DNA of 64,000 nucleotides from contig CAWCNS010000009.1 of assembly GCA_963796965.1 (NCBI GenBank), positions 32,001-96,000 on the forward strand, given 5' to 3'. The position numbers and the translations under genes are program-made. The notes under the pieces are model-generated. The model saw nothing but the letters and a program-made list of their open reading frames with translations, made no database searches and was not told the origin of the DNA. Source of the stretch: Calditrichia bacterium. GTDB taxonomy: Bacteria; Calditrichota; Calditrichia; JAJRVZ01. Position 1 is the stretch's first letter; each line of letters starts with the position of its first letter. Shown here piece after piece: positions 42,741 through 54,095 of this stretch.

Positions 42741-42967
42741 TCTCACGCAGCGACGCCAGCGCCGCAACGATCTTTTTATTATGCTATTATTTGTCATCCT
42801 GAAAGGAGTCTTCCAGCATTTCGAATGAGGAAATCCTCCCTTATTAAAGATTATAGATGTTGATTCGTCATGAATACTTAATACATAAAAGGGATATTGT
42901 CTATCTATAATATACTTTAATTTTTTAATCTCTGAAAAAACGCTGCGGCATTGCGTCCTGCGTGAAA
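42741..42967. repeat. Octamer-arm inverted-repeat element (cgcagcga class) with a nested gtcatcctgaa remnant
   Basis: Left tctcacgcagcgacgccagcgccgcaacg; right cgctgcggcattgcgtcctgcgtgaaa; tgtcatcctgaa at about 42792. Confidence 0.85.
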
Positions 42968-45965
42968 AAAATTTGTCCTTACAACCAAATCCGGATTCGG
43001 ATTTCGTATCCTGGCCAGATAGGATGTTCTTGGTTTAAAATTAAGTTCAGCTAGCATTTCATATTTACGATTATTTTGTTTCGCTTCAGACACTGCACTT
43101 TTCGGATCACTGATATTTCCAAAAGAAATCGCATCAGCAGGACAAGCCTGTTGGCAGGCACTCTGTACATCACCGTCTTCTATAGGTTCTGTTTTCATTC
43201 TTTGCTTTTATTTTAGCGGAATTGATTCGCTGCAACACAATAACTACATTTCTCCATCACCCCGCGGGAACGAACAGTCACATCCGGATTATGAGCCATC
43301 TTGACAACTTCAGGAAAATCATTACCATAATTAAAAAAGTTAAATCGTCGTACTTTATATGGACAGTTATTTGAACAATATCGGGTACCAACACAGCGAT
43401 TATAGGTCATCACATTCAGGCCTTCTTCATCATGAACTGTTGCCGCGACCGGACAAACCTGTTCACATGGTGCCATTTCGCAATGTTGACAGCCAACAGG
43501 CTGGTGTACCATTTCCGGATTATCCAGATCACCGGAAAAATAACGATCAATCCTGATCCAGTGCATTTCCCGGCCTTTTTTACCTGTTCTTTACCAATAA
43601 TCAGGAATATTATTTTCACTCTGACAGGCAATGGTACAAGCATTACAACCCGTACAGGCATTCAAATCAATACTCATGCCCCATTGATATCCTTCCTCAT
43701 AAGGAAATTCATCCCATAAGGAAACAAGGGGCGGATGCTCGACCATTTCTTCGGCAAATTCGGGATTGTTGACGGATATTCATCTAATGGTTGCCTCCCG
43801 TAACCAGAGGACGTCCTTCCATACTGCTATGATCCTGAGTGCTGGCCAGAGGATATGTGTCCCGAAGTTTTTCTGACCGTTAATCCGATATCATAATGAA
43901 TTCCGGTGAGATGTGTCCTTAACTGTATAGCCATTCGAATCCTACCTGGTCACCAATTCGCCCGGCCGCAACGCGCCCGTATCCCAAGGCGATTGAAACG
44001 CAAAAATCTGCCTGACCCGGTAAAATCCAGACCGGAATAGACATTTCCCTACCCTGCAAATTGAGGACAATCACATCTTCATTTTTAACACCCAGATTTT
44101 TAGCCGTCTTGTGACTTATCAACGCTGCATTATCCCAGGTCAATTTTGTAACGGTATCAGGAATTCCTGCAACCATCCATTATTGGCAAATCGACCATCG
44201 TAGACAGCGGGCGAAACATGAAAATTGATTTCCAGGTTTCTTTCATTTGGTATGACTTACGGATAAGGTGATTTTTATTCAGGGCTTCACTTAAGAGGCG
44301 ATTATTCAACCGGGGAGAAATTTGGGATAGTTGACTGTCAGCAAGAACCCCATCATGAAGGACTTGACGCCATACCTTATCATATTCTTTACCTTGCAAT
44401 ATATTTTTCCAGGTATCCCGGACAATGTCATAAGGTTTCTTTTCAGAACCGGAATCGATTAAAGTGAGCAATTCCAAACTTGAATGAGAATCATAGAGTG
44501 GTGCGATTAGAGGTTGTATAACACTGAGTGTACCATCGGACGATCTTGCATCACCCCAACTTTCCAAATAATGGGATTGTGGAATATGCCAGGATGAATG
44601 TTGTGATGTTTCATCCATATTAGTACTAAGATGGATGGAAGTTTCAACCTTCCTGAGTAACCGTGCAAAATCAAAATCAGCTGGGGCGTTGTACACGGGA
44701 TTCCCGCCAAGCATTAGCAACGTCTTGACCTTACCTGCTTCAATATTTTTATTTAAATCCTCAAAAGCCACAAGATCACTATCCTCAGCATCCCTAATTT
44801 CTCTATAGTGAACGGATTTTCCAATATTCTCCAATGCCTGATTAATAGCGAATATTACGGCGTGGATTATTGCAGGTTGCCGACTACCAGCAACCAGGAG
44901 AGAACTACTTTTATTGGCAATCAGATCTTTTGCCAGGGCAGATATCCAGCGTGAATCAACCTCAGCCGGGCTTTCTGATTTGAGCTGGCTGGCCACAGGC
45001 AAATTCAATCCTTGTTTTACCAGTTCTTTGGCAAGAAGAACCACAGCCCTGGTATTTGACCAGCAGACAACTTCAAGCGATGGTCAGCCATGGCACCCGT
45101 TGTGGAATAAGATGTTTCAACAACATATAAGCGGCTCATTGTATCCTGGGCCGCATCTACTTTTCGACCTTCGGCAAACCCTTTTGTATTTATAAGGGCT
45201 TCCGGTTCAGTAAAAGAAAATCTGAGTCCAGTGATAGTATAACTTTTGCCTTATCGAATTGATAATTTGGATGGTAGGAAATACCGGTCGCTTGAATTAA
45301 TCCCTTATAGATATTTTCCATGCTTACCGGTGCATAGCAAATCCAGGATGCTTTGGGGAATGTTTGCTCAAAATCCTTCTTTAATCGGGCTATACTGGGT
45401 GATGAATAGGAATCAGTAAGAACAGCTAATCCTTCCCCATCATTGCTTTTATATTCCTGATGGAACATCTTAAGTATGGCAACAATATCTGACCAGTTTT
45501 TAGTCTCACCGTTATTTACCGGTTGTTGAGATCTGTCAGCGTCATAAAGGGAAAGTACTGATGCTTGCATCCACGATGTGGACTTCCCTAAACTGGAAGG
45601 ATGAAGATTATTTCCTTCAATTTTTGTAGGACGACCTTCGTGACTTTCTACCACTACGCCATAGGCACTTGTTCCAAAGGGCATGGTAGTAGCATAATAG
45701 TTTGGAATTCCCGGAATAATTTGTTCTGGTGCTTTAACATAGGGCACTATTTTTTCAACAGGGCGGCGACAGGCTGACAAGCCAGCCAATGCAAGCGAGG
45801 CCCCCATCAGGGAGAGAAAATTTCGTCGTGATCAAAGGATTCTTCATTTCAGATGCACCCTCGGGAAATTCTCGTTCTAATATTTCCCTAAATTCCGGTG
45901 TATCAGCAAGTTGGTCCAGACTGCGCCAGTATTCTTTGCCACTTAATATTACTTAGTTCTTTCAT
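42917..45965 (-). CDS. actB: Alternative complex III subunit ActB (Tat-exported molybdopterin-like plus Fe-S fusion), fragmented by many frameshifts
   Basis: KEYWRSL...EFP, Tat-like [76 protein letters not shown]. Confidence 0.9.
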
Positions 45966-46611
45966 CTATGACACCCCGAACAATCAACAGGTGGATTTAT
46001 TTTCTTTTCTTCAATTGTTTGTCTGGCCAGGATCATATGATTTTCAGAAGGGGTCCACTTCATATTTGTGACCTGATCTACTGGCCGTATATGCTCTTCC
46101 GGATTGCGGTGACAGTCCAGGCACCATCCCATACTCAAAGGTTCAACCTGAATAACCTTTTCCATCTCATTCACATTGCCATGACAACTCACACAACCCA
46201 CACCAGCATTAACATGAGCACTGTGATTGAAATAGGCATAATCAGGCAGGTCATGCACCCGGACCCATTCAATTGGTTTGCCAGTTGTCCAGCTTTCCTG
46301 GACTAACTTCATTTTCTCACTATCGGTCTTTATAAGTGTATGACAATTCATACATGTTTGGGTTGGCGGGATTGTAGCAGACGCAGAAACTTCTACACCA
46401 ATATGACAATATCGGCAATCAAGACCTAAGATCTCCAGCATGAAGTTTATGACTGTAGGGAACCGGTTGTTCGGGCTGATATCCCACATCTGTATATTTC
46501 GGTGATCCGAAATACCAGAAAAAGCCAACACCTCCAACCATCATCACGATCACACCGACTAAGAGAAATGGTGGATACTTTATTTGACCACTCCGGAAAA
46601 ATTTGAGCCAC
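45962..46611 (-). CDS. actA: Alternative complex III subunit ActA, pentaheme cytochrome c (two frameshifts in the 5' part)
   Basis: GTG start MAQIFPEWSN; GYQPEQPVPYSHKLHAG; five CxxCH motifs (CRYCH, CMNCH, CVSCH, CLDCH, CSGCH). Confidence 0.92.
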
Positions 46612-47022
46612 AGATTATTACCTCGTCATGTAATAGTAATATGTTACAGACATATATATAGAAATTTATGGAGAACAACAGGTTTGAAAAATTTTAAAAT
46701 TAAGCAAATTTTCGTGCTCATATCTGCTCAATATACAAAAAAAAAATAATTAATAAAACACCGGTATTGAGATCTATAGGACAATCTACCTTTTAAAATA
46801 CTTTTACCATGAAGATTTTATTAAACACACAAACTTCTGCGACAAACTACATCACAATAATAAATAAATGAGAAAAGGTAATCCAGATTAGGCTAATGAT
46901 CTTTTGTTATATTGAAACGAGATATGCCAGAGAAATCTTATATGGAACGGTTCTGCTAATCATCTTAAACAATAAGCCCCAGCAAATCTGCAATTTTCAA
47001 TCTTCAATATTAATTCTTAAAA

Positions 47023-47922
47023 TCAAACCAAGATCCAGCGATTAAAAACACTCTCAATTATCAAAGCAAAAAAGAGTGCGAATAGATAAAGTATGGAATA
47101 ACCAAATAAACCCCTGAATTGCTTTTCCGTCTTTTCACGCCTGGCCAGAAGTGATTTTTTCAAAAATAAACCACCTGTTATAATCGCGACAGCCAGATAA
47201 AACCATCCGGCATGTACCCAGTAGAGAGAAAGTGTTACGAGTACGAGAGCAGAAGCATAGATAAGGATCTGTTTCATTGTATGATCAATACCCCGAATAA
47301 CAGGCAGCATCGGCAATCCGCTCTTTTTATAATCATCGGTTCTGAAGGCAGCAAGCGCCCAAAAATGAGGCGGTGTCCATAAGAAGACAATCAAAAATAA
47401 TATCCAGGGAGCAAGAGCAAATTCACCTGTAGCAGCGGTCCATGCACCTACCGGCGCCATGGCTCCTGCAATACCTCCGATGACAATATTTTGTGTTGAA
47501 TTTGGCTTAAGATACAGCGTATAGAAAAGACTGTAAAACAGAATGGTTGCTAATGAAAGTGCAGCGGTTAGCCAGTTAAAAACGAGACCGAATATTAGAA
47601 CACCAATTATTCCAATGGAGATTGAAAAAACCAGAGCGCGTTTTTCCGATATTTGTTTTTGTGGGAGGGGACGTCTTTGTCGCGTACGCTCCATAACCGC
47701 ATCGATATCTCTTTCGAAATATTGATTAAAGGCGTTGGCCGATCCACCGGTGAGATAAAGTGCAAAAATGACAAGAAAGAATTTTAGCGGCTCCCCCACC
47801 AAACTACCTTCCATAAACAACGCCGTCATACCGGTTATAACAACAAGCAGCATGATAGATGGTTTGGTAAGCTGGATGTAATATCCAATGCTTTTTCTAA
47901 TAGAAAATTCTTCAGTTTTCAT
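47023..47922 (-). CDS. ctaB: Protoheme IX farnesyltransferase (heme O synthase)
   Basis: LTKP, ERDIDAVMERTRQRRPLP, NIVIGGIAGA, WTPPHFWALA. Confidence 0.96.
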   Translation of the reverse strand: MKTEEFSIRKSIGYYIQLTKPSIMLLVVITGMTALFMEGSLVGEPLKFFLVIFALYLTGGSANAFNQYFERDIDAVMERTRQRRPLPQKQISEKRALVFSISIGIIGVLIFGLVFNWLTAALSLATILFYSLFYTLYLKPNSTQNIVIGGIAGAMAPVGAWTAATGEFALAPWILFLIVFLWTPPHFWALAAFRTDDYKKSGLPMLPVIRGIDHTMKQILIYASALVLVTLSLYWVHAGWFYLAVAIITGGLFLKKSLLARREKTEKQFRGLFGYSILYLFALFFALIIESVFNRWILV

Positions 47923-48116
47923 TTCTGATATCTCTTATTGGCTACAATTTTAAACTTTAATGGATTAATATAGATTTTATACACAACAACAAACTTTCTT
48001 AAATCATTATAATCATTCATTTTATGGTAAGATTAGTGTAATAACAACATGTTTTGGGAGGGGAATATTCCCGGTTTGGAGGGATTTGTTAATAATTTTT
48101 GTATAGATGATTATGT

Positions 48117-48234
48117 TGGGATACGGGATAGGCGATATGCGATTTGGGATATGGGATTGGATGTTCGGTGAACATTGAATATTCCATGTTGAATATTCAA
48201 TTTCCCCTCCACGCTCTACTCTCTTCGCTCTACA
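48117..48234. repeat. Mosaic heptamer tract
   Basis: tgggata cgggata ggcgata tgcgatt tgggata tgggatt, then ttgaatattc...gaatattcaa, then cgctcta ctctctt cgctcta. Confidence 0.8.
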
Positions 48235-48236
48235 GT

Positions 48237-48989
48237 CTACCACCCCAACTTCTGCCGTAATGCCTTTCCGGCCGAACGGCTGATATTTAATTCGGTTTTG
48301 TTTTTATCCCGCACTTTCATGATATATCCACCAGCAAACCACGCCTCAATTGTCAAAACATAGTTCAGATTTACTATTGTAGAACGGTGAATGCGAAAAA
48401 ACTTTTCCGGATCCAGCCGCGCTTGCAATTCATCAAGCTTATAGTTAACCAAATATTTAGAATCCTCAAGGTGGGCAAAAAGTAATTTATTCTCAGCATT
48501 AAAATAGATGATTTGATCATCATTTAGAATATAGATCTTATCACCAATCTTTGATGGAATTCTGCGCAGATGATCCTGCTGTGGGGCCCATTTTGAAAGC
48601 AAGTCTTTTATACTTTTATCTGCTGATACGTTTGATTCTATTCTTTTTCTGGCTCTGCTCACTGCCAACTCCAAACGTTCCCGAGAAAATGGTTTAAGGA
48701 GATAATCGATAGCCTGTAATTCAAAAGCTTGGATCGCATATTGGTTATAGGCCGTCGTAAATATTACCATTGGTTTATGGTCAATCATATGAAATAAATC
48801 TATACCGGAAATGTCGACGAGATGAATATCTAGAAAAATAAGATCCGGTCGCATTTCATCAATCATATCTGCGGCAGCCTTACCTGAGCCCGTAAGACCT
48901 ATAACCTCCAGGTCAGGTATTTTTTCTACAAAACCACTCAGCCTATCCAATGCAGGCTTTTCATCTTCAACGATAATAACCCGTATCAT
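48237..48989 (-). CDS. LytTR-family response regulator
   Basis: REC domain (VEDE, FLDI, FTTAY, DYLLKP) plus FFRIHRSTIVN. Confidence 0.96.
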   Translation of the reverse strand: MIRVIIVEDEKPALDRLSGFVEKIPDLEVIGLTGSGKAAADMIDEMRPDLIFLDIHLVDISGIDLFHMIDHKPMVIFTTAYNQYAIQAFELQAIDYLLKPFSRERLELAVSRARKRIESNVSADKSIKDLLSKWAPQQDHLRRIPSKIGDKIYILNDDQIIYFNAENKLLFAHLEDSKYLVNYKLDELQARLDPEKFFRIHRSTIVNLNYVLTIEAWFAGGYIMKVRDKNKTELNISRSAGKALRQKLGW

Positions 48990-50122
48990 ATCAATTCCCT
49001 CGGAATATCAATAATTATTTCGGTGCCTTTATTAAATATAGATTTAATCTGCAACAAATCATTTCTTTTGTATACCAGTTTTAAACGGTCAACAACATTG
49101 GCTAAAGCATGGCCTTTAACGGGTAAGATTTTTAACCTTTGGGGCGTAATACCTGTACCGTCATCTTTTATCTCAATGCGGATTACCTGCTGATATTCAA
49201 ATATTTTAATTGACAGTGTTAACGGTTGCCCTTCACTGCGCCAACCATGTCGCATTACATTTTCAATGGCCGGTTGTAATAACAATACCGGAATCTCCAG
49301 GTCCATGTTCTTTAGGGAGATATCCCAATTAATAATAAGTCTGTCCTCAAATCGTGCTTTCATCAGACTGGTATATTTTTTTAGAAAATTTATTTCCGAT
49401 TCAAGATTAACCATTTCCAGATTGGTACTGTCAAAAAGATAGCGCAATGTATCACTCAATTTAAGCAATAATTTCTCTGCTTTCTCCGGATCCGACTTCA
49501 TCTGAGAGGCGATGGTGTTAAGAGAATTAAAAATAAAATGCGGTTCTATCTGTGCTTTTAAAGCGGTCAACTCCGCCCTATCCACGGCCTGTTGCTGACG
49601 GGTGTACTGCCAGCGAATTTCCACATAACTGCCCAGGAGACTTACCAATCCAATTAATATTATAATGGCGAAAAAGGGAATTAAAAGGGTTCGGAATTCT
49701 TCTCTCAGAAATTCATCAGCAAATTGCAGATCCAGGGGAGAAGAGATGAAAGTTACAAAGCTTGACCAAAACCTCTCACTTATAATTTGGGTAAAAGAAA
49801 TGTCAGGTTTCAGAATAATGGACTGGAATAATATTCCAGCCATATAGACCGCTGAAACAGAGATTGTGTAAATAAAAGTTCGTAAAATCCATTGCTGAAA
49901 AGGATTAAAAACCGGTAATTTTGAGACAACAACTTTTTGCATAAAAAATAAAACAAGAACAAGGGTTGAGGCATAAAAAAAACCTATCGATAATGCCTGG
50001 TTAGTGGACTCAGTGTGGGCCAAAAAAACAAATGACAAAAAACCGCCAAGGATCGCAATGGCGCCCGCCAGGTACAACATTCTGCTAAACTTCTTTGAGG
50101 TTATGTGTTTTTCCATTTGCAT
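48986..50122 (-). CDS. LytS/YehU-type sensor histidine kinase
   Basis: N-terminal TM helices; LKAQIEPHFIFNSLN, LQPAIENVMRHG, DDGTG. Confidence 0.94.
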   Translation of the reverse strand: MQMEKHITSKKFSRMLYLAGAIAILGGFLSFVFLAHTESTNQALSIGFFYASTLVLVLFFMQKVVVSKLPVFNPFQQWILRTFIYTISVSAVYMAGILFQSIILKPDISFTQIISERFWSSFVTFISSPLDLQFADEFLREEFRTLLIPFFAIIILIGLVSLLGSYVEIRWQYTRQQQAVDRAELTALKAQIEPHFIFNSLNTIASQMKSDPEKAEKLLLKLSDTLRYLFDSTNLEMVNLESEINFLKKYTSLMKARFEDRLIINWDISLKNMDLEIPVLLLQPAIENVMRHGWRSEGQPLTLSIKIFEYQQVIRIEIKDDGTGITPQRLKILPVKGHALANVVDRLKLVYKRNDLLQIKSIFNKGTEIIIDIPRELI

Positions 50123-50180
50123 ATATAAAGAATTTAAACCTGATTGATTCAGAAATCTAATTTGAATTGAACATCCATAC

Positions 50181-50230
50181 CTACCTCCCCCAATAATCCC
50201 CCTCCTTAGTAAGGAGGGGGACTGGGGTAG
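50181..50230. repeat. cccctcctt/aaggagggg REP-like hairpin
   Basis: ctacctccccc...tccccctccttagtaaggagggggactggggtag; same core as 38843-38892. Confidence 0.8.
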
Positions 50231-50238
50231 TGGTATTT

Positions 50239-51367
50239 CTAAATCGAATCCTTTTCGGATTTTGGTCCCTGTTTTAATGCCCAGATATATGATCCAAGGC
50301 TTCCCATACCAAAACTGATGATGATCAAACTAAATAACCAACCAATAAATGGAATCTCAGTAATAAAGGTAACTACAATTACCCCGATCAGGACAGATAA
50401 AAATAAATTATTTTTCTCTTTCTCTTTCTTAAAGGCGGAGATAATATAGTTCCCCACAAATAATGCTGAAAATGCTGTACTGAGATAAAGCATTATCAGA
50501 AAGAGGGATAGAAGGATGAGACTTACAGGAAGTGTAAGGATTAACACAGCTAAAATGACAATGACGATGGGTGTTGCGATCAGCCCAAGAAATCCATAGC
50601 CAATGTTTTTACCAATTTGATTACCTGCAAAGGTGATATAATCTCTGGAGAAATTTTTAAAAAGGGCAATGATCAAAATCCCCACAATAAGCAGTGAAAG
50701 AAGATACCAGAAAAAGAAAACTTCTTCAAAAAACATCTCATGCCTTTTTACCTTGACCTCCAGGTCTTCAGGAACATTTTCTAACTCATATTCAGAGAGA
50801 TCTTTATGGAGGGTTAATACAGTACCTCCTTTAGCCAGATAATCCTCTCCAAAAGAGATATCTCCTGCTTCTAACGCGACACGACCTTTAACCCTACCAT
50901 TAAGATGTACTTTTCCGGCACCTCCCCGTATGAATCCACCAATGCTACCCCCTTCCAGGAGAAGTTCACCCGCACCAACATAAACATTACCCTTAATTTT
51001 TGCTCTCTGGTGTAATTCTTAACATCTTACCAAAACCAAGCACATCACCACCCACCTCGCCATCAATCAATATGGTTTCAGCAAACCCGATTACCATATC
51101 ATCAACATTTCCCCTAATTTCAAGATTCCGGCATCCTGCTATTACATCATCAAGAACCTTGCCCTCTACAGTTACCTGTTCACAACCGACAAAGATATCC
51201 CCCTCTACAACACCGCGAATATTTACATATCGTGATCCTGCAAACAGATCAGTAAAAAGAGAATCATCTTCCCGAATGGTGATGGTCTCACCCGAACGGT
51301 ATTGTGCCGCCCCGGCGATGCTGGCCAGAAACAAAATGATGGTTAAAAAAATAATAGGTTTATACAT
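50239..51367 (-). CDS. Secreted beta-helix (polymer-forming/bactofilin-like) domain plus multi-TM membrane protein; one frameshift near 51000
   Basis: RBS GGAGGA, signal peptide MYKPIIF..., repeated I.G.V.GD units; the shifted frame (IKGNVYVGAG...) runs into ORF 50239-50736. Confidence 0.8.
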
Positions 51368-51447
51368 AATTCCTCCTGTTTTTATGACTTTACTTAGTGA
51401 CTGCCATAAATATACGCTAGTATAAGAGGAGACCAAGGGAAGTGTGA

Positions 51448-51497
51448 CCAACGGTTAAAATACTAGTCTGAGTTGCACATCATAAGGTATAAATGGT
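51448..51497 (-). promoter_or_regulatory. Putative LytTR-binding direct repeats
   Basis: Minus strand accattta, gcaactca, accgttgg at an exact 21-nt period upstream of the operon that encodes the LytTR regulator. Confidence 0.55.
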
Positions 51498-51683
51498 AGG
51501 TAAAATATTTGATTTAATGTTAGATCTTTTATCCCGCCTATTTTTATTGAATTTAAAATGGATATTGTTTACTATTGTTGGATTGTATATAAGGTTTATT
51601 GATGATATCGTCTAAAAAGTATTCCAGTTGGATCAAAAGAGAAATAAATCACGATCGTGAACTAAAACTATTCAGGAAAAAAC

Positions 51684-53535
51684 ATGAAAACTCTTAACGA
51701 AAGACTTGACGCCCTTGAGATTCTGTTTGATCAAATAATTGACCGTCTCCAAAGTTTTGAGAAAAAATATACCGCCGAATTATCAGATGTAAATCCTATT
51801 TATAAAAAGAGTGCACTCAATTTAGTTCATTATCTGGCATTTCGAAGCTTCGATATTTCTTCCTTGCAGGATGAGTTAAGAGACTTAAGCCTGCCCAGTT
51901 TATCCAGTATTGAATCGCATGTGATGAAAAGTATATTATCCATCAAAAATATTATTTCTAATCTTAACGGTAAATCCGGCCATGTAAAACGGAAAGGGAT
52001 CATCTCTGTAAAAAAGAGTAAAAAAATCCTTAACAGAAACACCAAATATTTGTTCGGTTATAAATCAAAAAAAAGACGAACACGTATTATGGTTACACTT
52101 CCCAATACGGCGGCCGATGATTACCATTTTGTTCACAATCTTATCAAACTGGGTATGAATAGTGCCAGAATTAATTGTGCTCACGATAACCCAGAGGTAT
52201 GGCAAAAAATGATTGCCAATATCAGAGAAGCGAACAAAAATCTGAAAAAAAACTGCAAAATAATGATGGATCTGGGCGGACCGAAAATCAGAACAGGGCA
52301 GATGATTCCCGGTCCGGAGGTTATTCATATTAAACCAAAACGGGATGAGTATGGCAAAGTGACTGCTCCCGCTAAAGTATGGATCGCGCCACCGGATATT
52401 TTACCCCCTGATGATTCTGCAGATGCCATTCTTCCTGTTGATGAAATTTGGTTTAAAAAGATAAAATCTGGAAATACAATATCCTTCACCGATACTAGAT
52501 CGAAAAAGGGAACTATTTTAATTGAACGGAAACGGAGTGGCGGCAGATGGGGATTCTGTAGCGATTCTGTTTATATTAGCACGGGAACCGAACTTACATT
52601 ACATAAACAGAAAGACGGAAAAGAAAAGATAAGGGTTGGAGAATTATTACCTATAGAAAATTATATTTTACTAAAAACAGGGGATAAATTACTCTTAACA
52701 AAAGATCGATCTGCCGGTGAGTCAGCAAAATATGATGAATCAGGTAAACTGCTCAGCCCTGCTCATATCTCTTGTACTTTACCTGAAATTTTTTCTGATG
52801 TCAAAACCGGCGAACCGATATTCTTTGACGATGGTAAAATTGAAGGTACAATTGAGAATGTGAATGATGATCAGCTGGTAGTTAATATTACCTATGCCAA
52901 AGACCTCGGCAGCAAATTAAAAGCCGATAAAGGAATTAATTTACCCTCCAGTGACTTAAAAATCAGCGGATTAACTGAAAAAGACAAACAAGATTTAGAA
53001 TTTGTGAAACAATATGCCGATGCTGTTAATTTTTCATTTGTGAATGATGTTGATGATGTTGAGCAGCTTCATCAGGAAATAGTAAAAAGTAATTCAAATA
53101 TTGGCATTATTCTCAAGATAGAAACGCAAAAAGGATTCAAAAATTTACCCAGAATATTATTAAAAGCGATGAGGATGTATCCCGTTGGTGTTATGATCGC
53201 CCGTGGTGATTTCACTATTGAAACCGGATGGAAAAATTTTGCCTAGTATTCAGGAAGAAATCTTGCGAATTTGTGAAGCTTCTCATATTCCAGATGTTTG
53301 GGCTACCCAAGTATTGGAAACTCTGGCAAAAAAAGGTGTGCCAACAAGAGCAGAGATAACAGATTCAGCCATGGCTCAACGTGCAGAATGTGTCATGTTG
53401 AATAAGGGATATTATATTACGAAAGCTGTAAAAATGCTTGATAAAATTTTACGCAGAATGCAGCACTTTCAGAAGAAGAAAGAAACAGTTCTGCCAAAAC
53501 TTGAGGGAGCTGAGGAATTACAGACTTTCTCATGA
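51684..53535 (+). CDS. pyk: Pyruvate kinase, long atypical form (one frameshift near 53240)
   Basis: [42 protein letters not shown], then [21 protein letters not shown]. Confidence 0.9.
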
Positions 53536-53585
53536 TTTATATAATATTTAACTGATAGTGATCAGCAGTTTACTTTTTGGCTTTT

Positions 53586-53807
53586 TTAGTGGTTAGTTCT
53601 GATAGACGCATTGTTGAGTACCGGTTCATCGAGGAAGTAGGTTTTGTGTTGTTCCCGCATATTATATTGAACAATCAGGGTCTGCCGATTGGAGAGATTA
53701 AAGGAGACAATGATTATACAATTTTCAAAACTTTTGTTGCTGTTTAATACATTATGATTATCTATCATCTTTTCAGCAACTTCTCGTGTGATTTCATGCG
53801 CCATCAT
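53586..53807 (-). CDS. Small hypothetical protein
   Basis: RBS GGAGG before ATG 53807; no recognisable motif. Confidence 0.5.
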   Translation of the reverse strand: MMAHEITREVAEKMIDNHNVLNSNKSFENCIIIVSFNLSNRQTLIVQYNMREQHKTYFLDEPVLNNASIRTNH

Positions 53808-54095
53808 GCCCCTCCCAAAACTTCTCTTACTCTTAATACACCTGTGCAACAAAAAAGTTTATCTAAATGAAGATAATCTCCACTTTATTAAATCAGAGTC
53901 AAGTTTCCTGAGTGTAACCTAATTACAATTAACAATAGATAATAGGCGCAATTACTATGCCATAGAATTCGGCCCATAAAACGGGGTTTTCATAGGGATT
54001 GGTAAAGGATTATTATTAATTATGTCTACTTTGTGAGCAGCTTAGTGGAAACTATGTTTACAGAAGAGTCGTTATAAAATTAAAAACCCAACAAC

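Noticed and set aside
46838..46856. CRP/FNR or RegA-like site upstream of actA (tgcgac...tcaca)
   Set aside because: Half-site spacing does not fit the consensus; could be chance
48117..48160. Tandem repeats as a CRISPR array
   Set aside because: Units are 7-9 nt without unique spacers, and no cas genes are present
48022..48243. Short ORFs over repeat elements (also 3873-4079, 27812-27994, 30094-30357, 62603-62821)
   Set aside because: Low-complexity translations produced by the periodic arms; no family signal
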